Part shown: in pieces, positions 18,188 through 28,877 of the stretch | Position numbering within the stretch: position 1 is the first letter of the stretch | How the letters are laid out: every line of letters starts with the position of its first letter | Source of the DNA: Candidatus Bathyarchaeota archaeon | GTDB lineage: Archaea > Thermoproteota > Bathyarchaeia > Bathyarchaeales > Bathyarchaeaceae | DNA: 64,000 bases | Assembly (NCBI GenBank): GCA_050123155.1 | Contig: JASFHP010000002.1 | Span: 74,837-138,836 of the forward strand | Direction: 5' to 3' | Position numbers and translations under genes: made by a program | The notes under the pieces: generated by a model | Database searches by the model: none | What the model saw: the letters and a program-made list of their open reading frames with translations, nothing else | What the model was told of the DNA's origin: nothing

Positions 18188-19842
18188 CCTTGGATAGAGA
18201 CCGTTTCTCCTCTTATGTTGGACGAAACGTCACCGTGAAGGAGATGGCTAAACGGCTCCCGTGGCTGGGAACCGACACCGAAGAGGTTGGCTCCGACTAC
18301 GTGAAGATCGAGTATAACCCGAATCGAGTGGATTTCTGTAGCTACAGTGGAGTGGCCAGAGCCTATCGGGGGCTCATGGGCTGGGAAACTGGAATGCCCA
18401 ACTTTAAGGTTAAACAGGGAAAAATCACACTGAAGGTGGACAAGAGTGTGGCTGAGGTCAGACCATACGTTGTTTCCGCCGTTGTTCGAGACTTAAACGT
18501 TGACTATGAGGCAATCAAGGAGCTGATGGAGATGCAGGAGGCTCTCCACTGGATGATAGGCAGAGACAGAAAAAAAGCCTCCATTGGCGTCCACAACTTG
18601 GACGCTGTTAAGCCCCCCTTCTCGTATGTTACCTGTGCCCCAGACGAAATCAAGTTTGTTCCGTTAGACAAGACAGAAGAGATGACCCCTCAGGAAGTCT
18701 TGGAGAAACATGAGAAAGGCATGGCATACAAGAGTGAAGTGGACTGGGCTTCAAGGTACCCACTGATTGTGGACCGAAATGGCGATGTTCTCTCTTTTCC
18801 ACCCATAATCAACGGCGAATTAACCCGTGTTGTCGACGATACGCGGAACCTTTTCATTGACGTCACCGGCACCGAAATGAACGCCATATCAAGAAGCTTG
18901 AACGTTCTCGTCACTGCCTTAGCGGACATGGGCGGCACCATAGAAAGTGTTCCTGTTAAGTATTCTGACCAAGTTTTGGTTACTCCAGACCTTACTCCTC
19001 AAAAGATGAAACTGCACGTGGATTACTCCAACGAACGTTTGGGCCTCAACTTTTCGGAAGCACAAACCATAGAGGCTCTGCAGAAGTCTAGGCTTGACGC
19101 AGAAAAGGTTGAAAAAGGAGTTTTGGATGTTACGATTCCCGCGTACCGAACCGACATACTGCATGAAATCGATTTGGTTGAAGAGGTCGCCATCGGCTAC
19201 GGCTACTATAATTTGACGCCAACGATTCCGGCGACGGTGACAACGGGCAAGCAGCATAGGGTCAGTGAGGTAGCTGCGGATGTTAGGCAGATAATGGTTG
19301 GTTTAGGTTTTGTGGAAGCCCTGAATTTTGTTCTCGCCAACGAGGTTGACCATTACCAGAAGATGCGGCGAAAACCTGAGGGGCTTGTGACTTTGGCGAA
19401 CCCTGTTTCCACCGAATATTCGATGATACGGAACGATCTGCTGCCTAGCCTAATGAAGAACTTGGCAGACAGCAAACACCACGTTTTTCCTCAGCGAATG
19501 TTCGAAGTCTCCGACGTAATCAAACTCGACGACAACTCTGAGACAGGCACAGAACGGAGAATACATGTTGCAGCAGTTACATCGCATCCAACAGCCAACT
19601 TCACCGAAATCAAGTCCGCTCTGGAGGCTTTGTTGATGAACCTTGGCCTAAAAAAGTGGGCTGTAAAGGAGGCTGAACATCCGAGCTTCCTGCAGGGAAG
19701 AGCAGCCACGGTTTCATTCAAGGGCACAGAACTGGGTTTTGTTGGAGAGATTCATCCAGAAGTCCTCAACAACTTTGAACTGGAAAATCCTACAAGCGCA
19801 TTCGAAATAGACCTGCAAAAAATTGTAGATGCCGCCGAGTGA
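18175..19842 (+). CDS. pheT: Phenylalanyl-tRNA synthetase beta subunit
   Basis: ATG 18175 follows AGGAGGA and overlaps the pheS stop. The product MPTLTLDRDRFSSYVG... has the B3/4 and B5 domain pattern of the archaeal beta subunit. Confidence 0.9.
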   Translation: MPTLTLDRDRFSSYVGRNVTVKEMAKRLPWLGTDTEEVGSDYVKIEYNPNRVDFCSYSGVARAYRGLMGWETGMPNFKVKQGKITLKVDKSVAEVRPYVVSAVVRDLNVDYEAIKELMEMQEALHWMIGRDRKKASIGVHNLDAVKPPFSYVTCAPDEIKFVPLDKTEEMTPQEVLEKHEKGMAYKSEVDWASRYPLIVDRNGDVLSFPPIINGELTRVVDDTRNLFIDVTGTEMNAISRSLNVLVTALADMGGTIESVPVKYSDQVLVTPDLTPQKMKLHVDYSNERLGLNFSEAQTIEALQKSRLDAEKVEKGVLDVTIPAYRTDILHEIDLVEEVAIGYGYYNLTPTIPATVTTGKQHRVSEVAADVRQIMVGLGFVEALNFVLANEVDHYQKMRRKPEGLVTLANPVSTEYSMIRNDLLPSLMKNLADSKHHVFPQRMFEVSDVIKLDDNSETGTERRIHVAAVTSHPTANFTEIKSALEALLMNLGLKKWAVKEAEHPSFLQGRAATVSFKGTELGFVGEIHPEVLNNFELENPTSAFEIDLQKIVDAAE

Positions 19843-19913
19843 AAGCTCCTTCTTTGGATAGAAAGCTTAATGTTACCTTATGCCTGTCTCTTTATTTGCG
19901 ATGATAGTGGGCT

Positions 19914-20085
19914 GGAGCAATAATCCCGCCGGAACCTTAATGGGCTCATGCAGACGGACCCGACAGAGGCTGGTGACTTTCATCTACCGTTGACGGAGGG
20001 TTTACCCAGGCATGGGACACGGTGGGCGCGGGCAAAATCCAACCCACGTTTGAGAGAGCTCGTCTGAGAAGAGCGCCTTTGCTCC
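19914..20085. ncRNA. Candidate structured RNA or leader element between pheT and cdhA; strand and identity unknown
   Basis: The segment is visibly more G+C-rich than its spacer flanks. It is closed by GGAGCAA (19914-19920) pairing with TTGCTCC (20079-20085). Further complementary pairs exist inside (see finding). Confidence 0.3.
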
Positions 20086-20217
20086 ATCTGTGAGGATGAG
20101 AGTTAGTTGCGTGGGACACAAAGCCCGCGATACTTGCATTCCCAGAAAATAAATGGCAATTTCCGAAAAGTTAAATAAGACTCCTCATAATTTCCTTCAT
20201 TCTTAACTAGTTTAAAG

Positions 20218-22578
20218 GTGATTAATCGCTTGACTAAGAAAGGTTTGCACGTAAAAGCAAAAGAACTCAAAACAGACATTGCATTAGTAAAAGGCCTCGA
20301 GTTTTCCATCGGCAAAATTGTCGATGACTCTTGGGAAGAACCTATGGGTCCAACACCAATGCCCCACATAACTACGCTAAGAGATTGGGACCTGAAACTC
20401 CTCAACAAATACAAACCTTTTTACATGCCCGATTGTGACCTCTGCTGTCTCTGCACTTACGGCAAATGTGATTTGACAGCAGGAAAGCGCGGAGCATGTG
20501 GTTTAAACATAGCAGATCAATCTTCTCGTATTGTCCTTATTGCCTGTAGTATCGGTGCTGCAACTCATACAGGACACGCACGACACGTTGTCGATCACTT
20601 GATCGAAGAATATGGTCGGAATCATCCTCTTGACATAGGTGGCCTAAACGTTCAGGTTGAAGCTCCAGTAACCAGACTTGTCACTGGAATAAAACCCGAA
20701 ACACTTGGAGATTTAGACGAAGTTTTGACTTATTGTGAAACCCAAGTCACTCATCTGCTCTCAGCAGCTCACACCGGGCAAGAAGCTAATAACTTGGACT
20801 TTGAATCGAAGGCATTTCACGCTGGCAGGGTCGACCAAGTTGGTATGGAAGTCGCAGATATAGCTCAAGTTTCCGTTTTTGATTTTCCCAAGGCTGATCC
20901 TGAGGCTCCTCTCATCGAAATGGGGCTGGGAACAATCGACAAAGAAAAGCCAGTCATTTGTTGTATAGGTCACAACGTTGTTCCTTCGGTTGGAATCATC
21001 GATTACATGAAAGCGAATAAACTTGACAATAGACTGGAAGTTGTAGGTCTATGTTGTACTGCCATCGACAATTCAAGATACTTTGACCGTGCAAAAATTG
21101 TTGGCCCAATCTCATGGGAGCTACGTGTCATACGAAGCGGTATTGTTGATGTATTGGTTTTGGACGAGCAATGTGTCAGAACGGATTGTTCATTAGAGGC
21201 TGAACGCGTCAACGCGCCAGTTATCGCTGCCTCAGAAAAGAACTGCGTAGGCTACAAGGACCGCACAAACGACCCAGTTGACGAGATAGTCAAAGACTTG
21301 GTAAGCCGAAAAGTTCCTGGAGTCTTAATTTTAGACCCAGAAAAAGTTGGTGAAGTTGCAGTTAGAGTCGCACAGCAAGTAATGCCAATGCGCAAGAAAA
21401 TGAGCAGCTTGCCTTCTGAAGAAGAAATTGTCAAGCTAGCGAAAACCTGTCGTCACTGCAATTTATGCCAAAGAAGTTGTCCACAAGACCTCAAAATCCC
21501 CGCCGCTATGACCGCAGCCGCTGAAGGTAACCTCAAACCTCTAACCGAATTGTATGAAGAGTGCATTGGATGTGGACGATGCGAAGAAGCTTGTCCAGTC
21601 AAACTTCAAATCCACAGCTTCATACTAAAAGCTGGCCAGAAGTACATGCTTGAAGAAACAAACTTCTGCCGCGCCGGTAGAGGAGCAGTTCAAGACATCG
21701 AAATCCGATCTGCTGGCGGTCCAATTGTTCTCGGAGAAATCCCCGGCATCTTAGCAGCTGTAGGCTGCGCCAACTATCCGCACGGCGGAAAAGACGTTTA
21801 CGACATATGCCGCGAGTTTGCTAAACGCCGATTCATCGTAATGACTAGTGGCTGTTCAGCTATGTCCGCTGGTTCATACAGAAACGAAGAAGGACAAACA
21901 CTCTATGAAGAATTTCCAGGCTCCTTCGAAGCTGGCGGTGTGCTTAATGTTGGTTCTTGCGTTTCTAACCCTCACATCGCAGGTGCAGCAATAAAAGTTG
22001 CTAACATATTTGCTAAAAGAAACTTGAGAGGTAACTACGAGGAAATCGCTGATTACATACACAACCGAGTGGGAGCTGTAGGTTTAGCTTGGGGTGCATA
22101 TTCACAGAAAGCCGCATCTATTGCAGCAGGTTTCTGGAGTCTAGGCGTTCCTGTTCTTGTAGGTCCACACGGAAGCAAATACAGACGCATGCTTATGGGC
22201 AGAGCGGATAAGCCAGAAAACTGGGAAGTCTATGATGCCCGCACAGGCGATGTAGTTAATGTTGGACCAGCACCTGAGCATTTATTCCAAACGGTTGAAA
22301 CCCCGCAAGAAGCCATGGTCGCTATCGCAAAACTATGTATAAGACCGAATGACACTTGGAAGGGTAGATCAATAAAGCTATCGCATTACATTGACCTGCA
22401 CAAGCGTCACTATGGACGAATGCCAAAGGACATTCATCAGTTCGTGCGCACAATGGCCGATGTGCCAATGACCATGAAGGATGAAATCAAAGACATATTG
22501 GACGCAAAGGGCTGGAAAGAATCTGTTATTCCGGACCCCACACTGCTTCCAAGAATGATCAGGAGCAAAAAGGAGTGA
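20218..22578 (+). CDS. cdhA: CODH/ACS complex alpha subunit (CO dehydrogenase catalytic subunit)
   Basis: The N-terminal Cys cluster is DCDLCCLCTYGKCDL...GACG. There is an internal 2x[4Fe-4S] ferredoxin insert (CRHCNLCQRSCP, CIGCGRCEEACP) and C-cluster region motifs. The start is GTG 20218 or TTG 20230. Confidence 0.9.
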   Translation: MINRLTKKGLHVKAKELKTDIALVKGLEFSIGKIVDDSWEEPMGPTPMPHITTLRDWDLKLLNKYKPFYMPDCDLCCLCTYGKCDLTAGKRGACGLNIADQSSRIVLIACSIGAATHTGHARHVVDHLIEEYGRNHPLDIGGLNVQVEAPVTRLVTGIKPETLGDLDEVLTYCETQVTHLLSAAHTGQEANNLDFESKAFHAGRVDQVGMEVADIAQVSVFDFPKADPEAPLIEMGLGTIDKEKPVICCIGHNVVPSVGIIDYMKANKLDNRLEVVGLCCTAIDNSRYFDRAKIVGPISWELRVIRSGIVDVLVLDEQCVRTDCSLEAERVNAPVIAASEKNCVGYKDRTNDPVDEIVKDLVSRKVPGVLILDPEKVGEVAVRVAQQVMPMRKKMSSLPSEEEIVKLAKTCRHCNLCQRSCPQDLKIPAAMTAAAEGNLKPLTELYEECIGCGRCEEACPVKLQIHSFILKAGQKYMLEETNFCRAGRGAVQDIEIRSAGGPIVLGEIPGILAAVGCANYPHGGKDVYDICREFAKRRFIVMTSGCSAMSAGSYRNEEGQTLYEEFPGSFEAGGVLNVGSCVSNPHIAGAAIKVANIFAKRNLRGNYEEIADYIHNRVGAVGLAWGAYSQKAASIAAGFWSLGVPVLVGPHGSKYRRMLMGRADKPENWEVYDARTGDVVNVGPAPEHLFQTVETPQEAMVAIAKLCIRPNDTWKGRSIKLSHYIDLHKRHYGRMPKDIHQFVRTMADVPMTMKDEIKDILDAKGWKESVIPDPTLLPRMIRSKKE

Positions 22579-22585
22579 ATGAATA

Positions 22586-23128
22586 ATGTCATGTGAACCT
22601 TGGCAATGTGCAGAAATAGCTGCCACAAAGAAAGCACACCCCATAAACAAACCCGAAGTAGCAGTAGCAATGATAAAGCGGGCTGCCCGCCCCATTCTTG
22701 TTGTGGGCAGCAACGCTACAGAACGTACTTTGGAAGGGAAGCTATTAATTGACTACATAATAGACTTCGCCAGAGCATCAAACGTTCAGGTGGTTGCAAC
22801 AGCTCATATGGTTGCTGAATTCCTCAAAAGAGGCTATGAACCCGCTGACTTCATGTCTGCTATGGACATCGGCAATCGTCTTGTTGATCCGACTTGGCAA
22901 GGAGTAGATGGCAAAGGACACCCTGACTTGGCAATGTTCGTGGGACTTCCATACTATATGGAGGCTCTGATTCTGTCTGGACTAAAACATTTTGCCCCTG
23001 ACCTTAGGACAATGACTTTGGATAATCTATTTCACGTACATGCCAGCTGGTCATTTCCAAATGCACCAGCGAAAACATGGGCGGAAAATCTCACAGTCAT
23101 GATTTCAAAATTTAAAGGAGACAAATAA
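22586..23128 (+). CDS. cdhB: CODH/ACS epsilon subunit
   Basis: Its size (180 aa) and its position directly after cdhA fit the epsilon subunit. The N-terminus is MSCEPWQCAEIA... Confidence 0.8.
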   Translation: MSCEPWQCAEIAATKKAHPINKPEVAVAMIKRAARPILVVGSNATERTLEGKLLIDYIIDFARASNVQVVATAHMVAEFLKRGYEPADFMSAMDIGNRLVDPTWQGVDGKGHPDLAMFVGLPYYMEALILSGLKHFAPDLRTMTLDNLFHVHASWSFPNAPAKTWAENLTVMISKFKGDK

Positions 23129-23130
23129 AA

Positions 23131-24519
23131 ATGTCAATGTTTGAAGACATCCCAGTGGATGTTGGAGTAATCTACGAAGGAGAAAGAATCCGACGAAACA
23201 ACATGCAAATAGAATTAGGCGGACCAAAGCAGCCAGCAAAGTTTGAGCTAGTGCGCGCAAAGAAGATGGACGAAGTCGAAGACGAAAAAGTAACAATAAT
23301 TGGACCAGACCTCAAAGACTTGCCTGAAGGTGGCAATGTTCCTTTTGGCATCTACGTAGAGGTTGCCGGCAAAGACATCGAGGAAGAACTTGAAGGTGTA
23401 ATAGAACGTCGTATCCACGAATACTGCAACTTTGTTGAAGGAATCATGCACCTGAACCAGCGCTACGACATCTGGATACGTGTAAGCAAGAAATCGTTCC
23501 AGAAAGGACTGAACTCCTTCACATATGTTGGAAAAGTTTTGGCAAGACTCTACAAGAGCGAGTTGCCATTCATCGAAAAAATCCAGATCACCTTCATAAC
23601 TGACCCAGCGAAAGTCAAAGAAATGTATGACCAGGCAATGGAAATTTATGAAGCCCGAGACGCAAAAGCCAGAGGAATGAAAGACAACGAAGTTGACACA
23701 TTCTACGGCTGCACCCTGTGCCAATCCTTCGCACCAACCCACATGTGCGTAATCACTCCCCAACGATACTCTAACTGTGGCTCAATCAGCTGGTTCGACG
23801 GCAGAGCCTCTGCACAGGTCGACCCGAAAGGCCCAGTTTTCGCCATCAAAAAAGGCGAAATGCTTGACGCAGAAAAGGGAGAATTCTCTGGGGTCAACGA
23901 GTCCATCAAACAGAAGACCTTGGGCGCAGTTGACAAAGTCTGGATGTATACAGGCTTCGGTTATCCACACACCTCCTGTGGCTGTTTCGAGGCTATGGCA
24001 TTCTACATTCCCGAAGTAGAGGGTTACGGCATTGTTGACCGAGGATTCAAAGGCGTGACCGTGAACGGGCTGCCCTTCTCGACACTAGCTGACTCTGGCG
24101 CAGGAGGCAGACAAGTCGATGGCTTCCACGGCATATCCATCGAATACATGAGGTCACCCAAGTTCCTAGAAGCAGACGGAGGCTGGGACCGAGTAGTCTG
24201 GATGCCCCAAAGCGTTAAGGACCGCGTCAAAGACTTCATGCCCAAAGAAGCGGTTGAAAACGTAGCAACGGAAAACGACGCAAAAACAGTTGACGAACTC
24301 AAGGAATTCCTGAAAAAGAAGAATCACCCTGTTGTCAAAAGATGGAAAGAAAAAGCAGCTGAAGAGGCGCCTGCCGCTGAAGGCGAAGAAGCGCCAGAAG
24401 CAGCCGTGTTTCCGGTTTCATCAGCAACTGTTGCCGCTGGCGGATTCAAGATAATCTTCAAGAACGCTAAAATCCACGCAGAAAAAGTAATAATTAAACG
24501 GGATAAACCAAAGAGGTGA
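23131..24519 (+). CDS. cdhC: CODH/ACS beta subunit (acetyl-CoA synthase, A-cluster)
   Basis: It has the A-cluster Cys motifs (FYGCTLCQSFAPTHMCVITP...CG; HTSCGCFE) and an acidic/Ala-rich C-terminal tail. Confidence 0.9.
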   Translation: MSMFEDIPVDVGVIYEGERIRRNNMQIELGGPKQPAKFELVRAKKMDEVEDEKVTIIGPDLKDLPEGGNVPFGIYVEVAGKDIEEELEGVIERRIHEYCNFVEGIMHLNQRYDIWIRVSKKSFQKGLNSFTYVGKVLARLYKSELPFIEKIQITFITDPAKVKEMYDQAMEIYEARDAKARGMKDNEVDTFYGCTLCQSFAPTHMCVITPQRYSNCGSISWFDGRASAQVDPKGPVFAIKKGEMLDAEKGEFSGVNESIKQKTLGAVDKVWMYTGFGYPHTSCGCFEAMAFYIPEVEGYGIVDRGFKGVTVNGLPFSTLADSGAGGRQVDGFHGISIEYMRSPKFLEADGGWDRVVWMPQSVKDRVKDFMPKEAVENVATENDAKTVDELKEFLKKKNHPVVKRWKEKAAEEAPAAEGEEAPEAAVFPVSSATVAAGGFKIIFKNAKIHAEKVIIKRDKPKR

Positions 24520-24524
24520 AGTTC

Positions 24525-25730
24525 ATGCCCGAAAGGGCGAAAAAAGACTCTGACCTCAAAATTCCCCCAGAACTCTTAGACCTCCTTACAGGTGCCGATG
24601 ATCTGGAGCTTGAAGACGTCGACATCGAAGTGGATGAACTGGAGTTTGCATATCAGCCAGGATTCCTGCCTGCCATCAAAAGAATGGTTGCAGCGAAAGC
24701 CAAGCCAACATCCCTCTTGGATGCTCCGTTTACGCTTCCTGTACAGAAGTATCCAGGGCAAATTGTTGAAGTCACGCTTGGAGCCACAAAAAGCGAAGGC
24801 GGAACCCGCGGAAAATCTATCACTATCGGAGGAGAAAAATCTCCAGCCTTCTACACTTTCGAGAATCCTATGCTGAACAGGCCAGTAATCTCTCTTGACG
24901 TCTTCGACCAGAAAGTGCCCATACCCAAGGCTGTCAGAACCAACTTCAAAGACGCAATAGAGGACCCAGTGTCGTGGGCAAAATTTGCAGTTGACAAGTT
25001 TGGAGCACAAATGATTACTCTCCATCTGGTCAGCATAGACCCACTTAACCCGAAGCCTTCAACACCTGCCGAAGCCGCAAAAACTGTTGAAGATATACTT
25101 CAGGCAGTTGATGTGCCGCTTGTAGTCGGCGGATGTGGTGACCCTGAGAAAGACTTGGCGGTCTTTGAGAAAGTAACTGCCGCGGCTGAGGGTGAAAGAC
25201 TCCTAATCAGCACAGTTACGTTGGATATGGACATAGAGAAGTCAGCTAAATTGATCAAGAAGTATGGTCACGTTGCTTTGGCTTTCTCTCCAATGGACCT
25301 GAATCAGGCAAGAGAGCTGAACAGGCGCCTTCTCGAATTTCTGCCCAAAGAGCAAATAATAATGGACACAACAACAGCGGCGCTGGGCTATGGACTTGAT
25401 TACGCATACACTATCATGGAACGTGCCCGATTGGCTGGTTTGATGGGAGACCCTGAACTTCAGCAACCCATGTCATCTGGAACAACCAACGCTTGGGCAG
25501 CAAGAGAAGCTTGGCAGAAAATGGATCCTAAATGGGGCGCCCGAGAACTTCGTGGACCTCTATGGGAAGCCGTGACTGGCTTAACCTTGTTGCTGGCAGG
25601 TGTTGACCTGTTCATGATGTTACATCCTGCAGCCGTCAGAACTCTCAGAAACACCATCACCCAATTGACTAAGAAACGGGGCACCGCAGATGCTGCAAAG
25701 ATTGCTAACTGGGTGTCAGCGAAGTTTTGA
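24525..25730 (+). CDS. cdhD: CODH/ACS delta subunit (small subunit of the corrinoid protein)
   Basis: ATG 24525 lies 5 nt after GAGGTGA (the track ORF starts at GTG 24516). The TIM-barrel pterin-binding-like body and the gene position fit CdhD. Confidence 0.85.
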   Translation: MPERAKKDSDLKIPPELLDLLTGADDLELEDVDIEVDELEFAYQPGFLPAIKRMVAAKAKPTSLLDAPFTLPVQKYPGQIVEVTLGATKSEGGTRGKSITIGGEKSPAFYTFENPMLNRPVISLDVFDQKVPIPKAVRTNFKDAIEDPVSWAKFAVDKFGAQMITLHLVSIDPLNPKPSTPAEAAKTVEDILQAVDVPLVVGGCGDPEKDLAVFEKVTAAAEGERLLISTVTLDMDIEKSAKLIKKYGHVALAFSPMDLNQARELNRRLLEFLPKEQIIMDTTTAALGYGLDYAYTIMERARLAGLMGDPELQQPMSSGTTNAWAAREAWQKMDPKWGARELRGPLWEAVTGLTLLLAGVDLFMMLHPAAVRTLRNTITQLTKKRGTADAAKIANWVSAKF

Positions 25731-25741
25731 GGTGATATGAC

Positions 25742-27163
25742 ATGTCAGAAAAAGAAACTAAGGGCGGAATGAAGCAACTCAGCCCAATCGACGTTTATAT
25801 GCTGCTTCCCAAAACAAACTGCAAAGAATGTGGAGAAGACAACTGCATGGCTTTCGCCACAAAAGTGGTGAACAGAGAAGTTACTATAGACCAGTGTCCT
25901 CCACTTTTGACGAAGAAACATGAAAAGAATTACCTGAAGCTCAAGGAGATGCTTAAGCCAGCCGTCAAAGAGGTAACTGTTGGCGCTGATGACAGTGCAA
26001 TCAATGTCGGCGGAAAGCTGGTTATGTATCGCCACGAATTCACATATTTCAATCCAACAGCCATCGCCATAGACGTTACCGACGAAATGTCTGACAAGGA
26101 ATTGTCTGAACGCATAAAGAAGATTCAAGAATTCTCCTACATCTACATCGGCAACGACCTGAAACTCCAAATGATCGCCATCCGCTCCACTTCCGGCGAC
26201 CCCGACAAATTCAAAGCCGCAGTTAAGGAAGTCGCAGAAAAAACTAAGCTGCCAGTAATTCTGTGCTCCTTTGATTCGGCGATCATGGAAAGCGGTTTGA
26301 TGGCTATTCCTAAAGCCCGACCTCTCATCTACGCTGCCACAAAGGATAACTGGAATGAAATGGCGGAGTTGGCGTTGATGTATAAATGCCCGTTGGCTGT
26401 TTCTGCTCCAAACGACCTCAACCTCCTTAGATCATTAGTTAAGACCCTTAAGGAATACGGCGTCGAAGACCTTGTATTGGACCCAGGCACCTTCCCCAGT
26501 GCAGGTTTAGGAGACACAATAAACAATTTCACAATGCTTCGTCGAGCAGCATGCAACATGGGCGACGAATTGGTAGGCTATCCTCTAATTGGAACTCCTA
26601 TTGTAGCTTGGACTGAACCAGCAAACTCGCCGACAGTGAGCGCTTGGAAAGAAGCCCAAGTTGCCTCCATGCTCATAACCCGATATGCGGACATCTTGAT
26701 TATGCATGGCACCGAAGGCTGGGCTCTTCTTCCGTTGACTGTGCTGAGGCAGAACATCTACACTGACCCCCGAAAACCGGTTGCTGTAGAAGCAGGATTG
26801 AGAACAATTGGAACTCCCGATGAAAACTCTCCGGTAATGATGACATCAAACTTTGCGTTAACCTACTACACTGTGGAACAAGACATAGAATCCGCAGGTA
26901 AGTCTGCATATCTTCTGGTTGTTGATTCTGAAGGCACAGCTATAGACAGTGGAGTTGCTGGCAGAAAACTTACAGCAGACACTGTTGCGGATGCTATCAA
27001 AGAAAGTAAGGTCGAGGAAAAGGTGAAACACCGAAAACTGATAATACCTGGTAAAGCGGCGCGCATCAGCGGAGAAATAGAGGAACTATCCAACTGGGAA
27101 GTTCTGGTTGGACCACAAGACTCTTCAGGTATACCAAAATTCTTACAGGACAAGTGGAAGTAG
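25742..27163 (+). CDS. cdhE: CODH/ACS gamma subunit (large subunit of the corrinoid iron-sulfur protein)
   Basis: It has the N-terminal [4Fe-4S] motif LPKTNCKECGEDNCMAFA...CP followed by the corrinoid-binding body. Confidence 0.9.
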   Translation: MSEKETKGGMKQLSPIDVYMLLPKTNCKECGEDNCMAFATKVVNREVTIDQCPPLLTKKHEKNYLKLKEMLKPAVKEVTVGADDSAINVGGKLVMYRHEFTYFNPTAIAIDVTDEMSDKELSERIKKIQEFSYIYIGNDLKLQMIAIRSTSGDPDKFKAAVKEVAEKTKLPVILCSFDSAIMESGLMAIPKARPLIYAATKDNWNEMAELALMYKCPLAVSAPNDLNLLRSLVKTLKEYGVEDLVLDPGTFPSAGLGDTINNFTMLRRAACNMGDELVGYPLIGTPIVAWTEPANSPTVSAWKEAQVASMLITRYADILIMHGTEGWALLPLTVLRQNIYTDPRKPVAVEAGLRTIGTPDENSPVMMTSNFALTYYTVEQDIESAGKSAYLLVVDSEGTAIDSGVAGRKLTADTVADAIKESKVEEKVKHRKLIIPGKAARISGEIEELSNWEVLVGPQDSSGIPKFLQDKWK

Positions 27164-27177
27164 CTTATCCTCACTAC

Positions 27178-27209
27178 TTTCTTTTTTCGTTTCTTTTTTG
27201 TTGTTTTTA
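27178..27209 (+). terminator. Oligo-T terminator region after cdhE
   Basis: Three consecutive T runs (TTTCTTTTTTCGTTTCTTTTTTGTTGTTTTTA) begin about 15 nt after the TAG stop. This is the established archaeal intrinsic termination signal type. Confidence 0.5.
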
Positions 27210-27370
27210 TGTTCTGGCTTCGTTGCAACTTTGTATTTACCAACCACATTACATGAAATGTGACGCTAACTCTCGGTTTTTTAAGGGTTAATCCGCAGTA
27301 AATACGTAATATTCTATAGGATGATCACACCTCTAGAACAAACAGTGAAGCATAGGAGGAGATCACTGAA

Positions 27371-27832
27371 TTGCCCAAAAAGAGCGAGGATTCAAGTGTG
27401 AACATTTATGATCTCCTCTCGGAAGTTTCTGAGGAAAAAGAAGAAAAGAAGAGCAGACGGGCTGAGCTTCTGGAGTCCATGGATGTAACGGATCGATTTG
27501 AAGAGGGAAGTATCACGATTGACATGCGAACCTGCAGAGGAATAGAATGTAACTTGTGTGTAAAAGCCTGCCCCACCAACGCCCTCTACTGGAAAGCGGG
27601 AGAAATCGGAATTGAAGAAGATCTGTGCATCCACTGTACCGCATGTGTGCTCAGCTGCTGTGTAGACGATTGTATCAGGGTCACCAGAAAGCGTCCAGAT
27701 GGCAAAACAGAAAGTTTCAGCAAACCAACGGATGTTCTGAAGCTAAATCGTAACAAAATTTCCAAGAAAAAGCGGGAAGCCGTGAAGTCCATCCTCGAAA
27801 ATCCTGAAGAATACTACACAAGCCAAGAATAG
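27371..27832 (+). CDS. 4Fe-4S dicluster ferredoxin-domain protein with acidic N-terminal and basic C-terminal extensions
   Basis: It contains CRGIECNLCVKACP and CIHCTACVLSCCVDDC. The start is TTG, after AGGAGGAG. Confidence 0.7.
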   Translation: MPKKSEDSSVNIYDLLSEVSEEKEEKKSRRAELLESMDVTDRFEEGSITIDMRTCRGIECNLCVKACPTNALYWKAGEIGIEEDLCIHCTACVLSCCVDDCIRVTRKRPDGKTESFSKPTDVLKLNRNKISKKKREAVKSILENPEEYYTSQE

Positions 27833-27880
27833 GTAACTCCACACATGCTCCGCTGGTTAGGGCATTCGATTCCTTTGGCG

Positions 27881-28591
27881 TTAAGACCGTTTGGACTCGA
27901 GGAGTTTTCTTCTTTTGTCCTCTCCGGGCTTAAGCACGTCTTCCGCCATCTTGAACTGTCTCTCGTAAAGGTGGCAGTTCTTGCTGTGAAAAATGAGTTT
28001 GCCCGTTTTGATGCCTAGGTTTCCCCTTCTGTTAATCTCTGAAACTAGAGCTTCGTTGAATATCTGGATTCCAGCTATGTTGGCCGGCAGTCCTGCGTAG
28101 GCATCCCAAGACCTGAAGTAACATGTCAAGTTTAGTTGATTATCCAGTATTTCGGTGTCAATCAAACTCAAACATGGAGGCTCATGTTTCTTGTCATCAG
28201 CTAAGCTTTTTTTGATGTCTTCTGGTAGTCGAATCACAAAGGTCACCTGTCTGTCTCTCTTCTCCTCCGCGTATCTCTTAACGGCTTCTTCCACCTGATC
28301 CACAGGTTCTCTCATTCTGCTTCCATAAGTATACGTTTCGTCCTCTATTGCTCCAGACCATAGATACTTCAGAGCATACCATTGAACATACTTCATGTCG
28401 CAGGGAGCCATAAAATCAACTAAGGGACGATTCTCAGGATGGGCGATCTCGATGCTCAGGTTCAACTTCTTAGTCTTGGAAACCTCAGAGCCATATCCCA
28501 CCTCAAAGGAGTCTCCATTGACCCAGATCTCCTGTAAAACCTTGTACCAAGCATCTGGGCAATCAAAGGCTTTAACCACAGCATACTTCAA
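27881..28591 (-). CDS. thyA: Thymidylate synthase ThyA-family protein (divergent archaeal type)
   Basis: LNLTCYFRSWDAYAGLPANIAGIQIF aligns with the ThyA active-site segment (C..Q.YQRS.D...G.PFNIAS). The size is 236 aa. Confidence 0.7.
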   Translation of the reverse strand: MKYAVVKAFDCPDAWYKVLQEIWVNGDSFEVGYGSEVSKTKKLNLSIEIAHPENRPLVDFMAPCDMKYVQWYALKYLWSGAIEDETYTYGSRMREPVDQVEEAVKRYAEEKRDRQVTFVIRLPEDIKKSLADDKKHEPPCLSLIDTEILDNQLNLTCYFRSWDAYAGLPANIAGIQIFNEALVSEINRRGNLGIKTGKLIFHSKNCHLYERQFKMAEDVLKPGEDKRRKLLESKRS

Positions 28592-28724
28592 GAGGAACCC
28601 TCCACTCTGCTTACTTCTTGCAGGCGCCTCTTATAATTGCTTTTCACACTCCACGTTTGGGTGTGTGACAAAAAAAGGATTTAAAAAAGATTGAATTGTG
28701 AAGATAAGATTCTAGCTGATTAGC

Positions 28725-28877
28725 TTAATACCTATTTCTTCTCGGGGGTCTTCGTTTAGCATAACATTCTCGGCAGTATACCGGTCTGTTAGGGTCAGGT
28801 TTGAAAGGAACTTGACATTCTTTTCCGCACTCGGCGCAGACTGCATTGTGCATTTCTCTTGGTCTTCCATAAGACAT
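28725..28877 (-). CDS. Small zinc-ribbon protein with a basic tail, 50 aa; below the ORF-track cutoff
   Basis: ATG 28877 lies 7 nt after GGAGGTG: MSYGRPREMHNAVCAECGKECQVPFKPDPNRPVYCRECYAKRRPPRRNRY. It contains CxxC-x17-CxxC, and the TAA stop is at 28725-28727. Confidence 0.65.
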   Translation of the reverse strand: MSYGRPREMHNAVCAECGKECQVPFKPDPNRPVYCRECYAKRRPPRRNRY